A stretch of 63,965 nucleotides of DNA, counting the filler, from Octopus bimaculoides (lineage: Eukaryota): assembly GCF_001194135.2 (NCBI RefSeq). It is 6 parts of 5 records of this genome, joined end to end, with 100 filler letters (N's around TTAATTAATTAA, not from the genome) between each part and the next. Parts side by side here need not be neighbours in the genome. Positions count along the whole stretch, not along the records: positions 62,506 to 63,965 come from NC_068987.1; 5 more parts are not named here. The stretch is one strand, 5' to 3'. A program made the translations under genes and the position numbers. The notes beneath the pieces are model-generated. The model was not told the origin of the DNA, did no database searches, and saw nothing but the letters and a program-made list of their open reading frames with translations. How positions within the stretch are numbered: position 1 is the first letter of the stretch; every line of letters starts with the position of its first letter. This document shows positions 63,060 through 63,965 of this stretch, piece after piece.

Positions 63060-63360
63060 AATATCAATGGAATGGCCTGCTCGTGAAATTAACGTGCAAG
63101 TGGCTGAGCACTCCACAGACTCGTGTACCCTTAACTTTGTTCTCGGGGAGACTCAAGAGTGTGACAAGGCTGGCCCTTTAAAATAAAGGTACAACAGAAA
63201 CAGGAAGAAAGAGTGAGAGAAAGATGTGGTGAAAGAGTACAGCAGGTTTCGCCACCGCCACCTTGCCGGAGCCTCGTGGAGCTTTGGGTGCTTTCGTTCA
63301 ATAAACACTCACAACGAGCGCGAGTCCGCTGCCCTAACAACTGGGCCATTGCGCCTCCAC
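63060..63360 (-). mobile_element. SINE family E
   Basis: Reverse complement of 43576-43958 (cctgctcgtgaaattaacgtgcaagtggctgagcactccacagac). Confidence 0.8.
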
Positions 63361-63540
63361 TATATATTATATATATAGTAGTTGTATACTGCCAACTTAA
63401 CGTGACAGTCTCAATAAGGGAATATACTACTGCTGTTTAGCCCTAGGAAGCCAGACCGCTTCCTATTAGGCCTTGACACATTTCCTGTGCCCTTATCCTT
63501 ACGAAGGGGAGACAAACTCCTCCACCCAGCCTAGCCTGCA

Positions 63541-63583
63541 TTCGGGGACATGTTTCTGAGTCTTTGCTCGTCATCAGCCTGAA
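63541..63583 (-). ncRNA. Degenerate minimal type I hammerhead ribozyme (Penelope-type)
   Basis: The minus strand reads ttcagg-CTGATGA-cgag-caaaga-ctca-GAAAC-AT-GTC-cccgaa. The catalytic core is intact, stems I and II each have one A.C mismatch, and stem III is palindromic (ACATGT). Confidence 0.6.
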
Positions 63584-63965
63584 ATAGCACGACTGGCTAG
63601 ATGAAGAAGTCTGTTTCACTCTCGTAAGGATATACTATTTCAGTGAAATACATTCACTGGTTACAAAAATTAGAAATAATGAATTTCTAAATCTCTCAGA
63701 GAGACTTAAGCAGTAGTGATGCGATAAAGTAAATATATATATATTTAAATAATAAGTGTGAAAAATTGAATATTAATTTGATTAATATCAATTTAAAAGC
63801 AGTGGCCTAGCTTATTGAAAAATCTGATGATTCAGAAAAATTATATTACATACATATAAGAGGACACCCATTATGCTAGAAGAAGACTACCTATGGTCTG
63901 ACCATAATGGATGTCCACTTCGGGGTTATCCCTCTCACATGTATATATATGTATATATATATATA

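Noticed and set aside
57309-63965. Search for the missing P450 exon 1 (hydrophobic anchor, phase-2 donor)
   Set aside because: I found no suitable ATG-hydrophobic-GT segment. It probably lies on another scaffold or in a gap.

Overview
This is eukaryotic, AT- and microsatellite-rich, gap-ridden draft genomic DNA. It is most likely octopus or another cephalopod, which I infer from the SINE, LINE and microsatellite landscape. The window is not contiguous. Five identical 100-bp artificial spacers (44 N + TTAATTAATTAA + 44 N) join at least six separate pieces, so gene neighbourhoods across them cannot be trusted. Three intron-containing host genes can be reconstructed from splice sites and reading-frame phase. 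(1) The 5' half of a somewhat divergent TCTP/TPT1 gene on + (exons 7682-7709, 7790-7860, 14719-14897), with a candidate 5'TOP start. (2) A 5'-truncated AFAP1/AFAP1L-like adaptor on + (two PH domains plus a C-terminal coiled coil; 9 phase-consistent exons, 18289-36520), with signs of alternative 3' ends. (3) A CYP7/CYP8-like cytochrome P450 on - (exons 57308-56281, 55828-55650, 55009-54722; exon 1 missing). The P450 is the most unusual protein here: its heme-binding loop is 3 residues short (FGTLCPG), its I-helix groove carries bulky residues (LHVNYNT), and it has a poly-Asn insertion. The rest is decayed transposons (mariner/maT, piggyBac, CR1, Dong/R4, RTE, Penelope), several SINE families, foldback MITEs (one with telomere-type repeats) and a degenerate minimal hammerhead ribozyme at 63541-63583. 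I see no prokaryotic-type system, CRISPR array, rRNA or intact tRNA.
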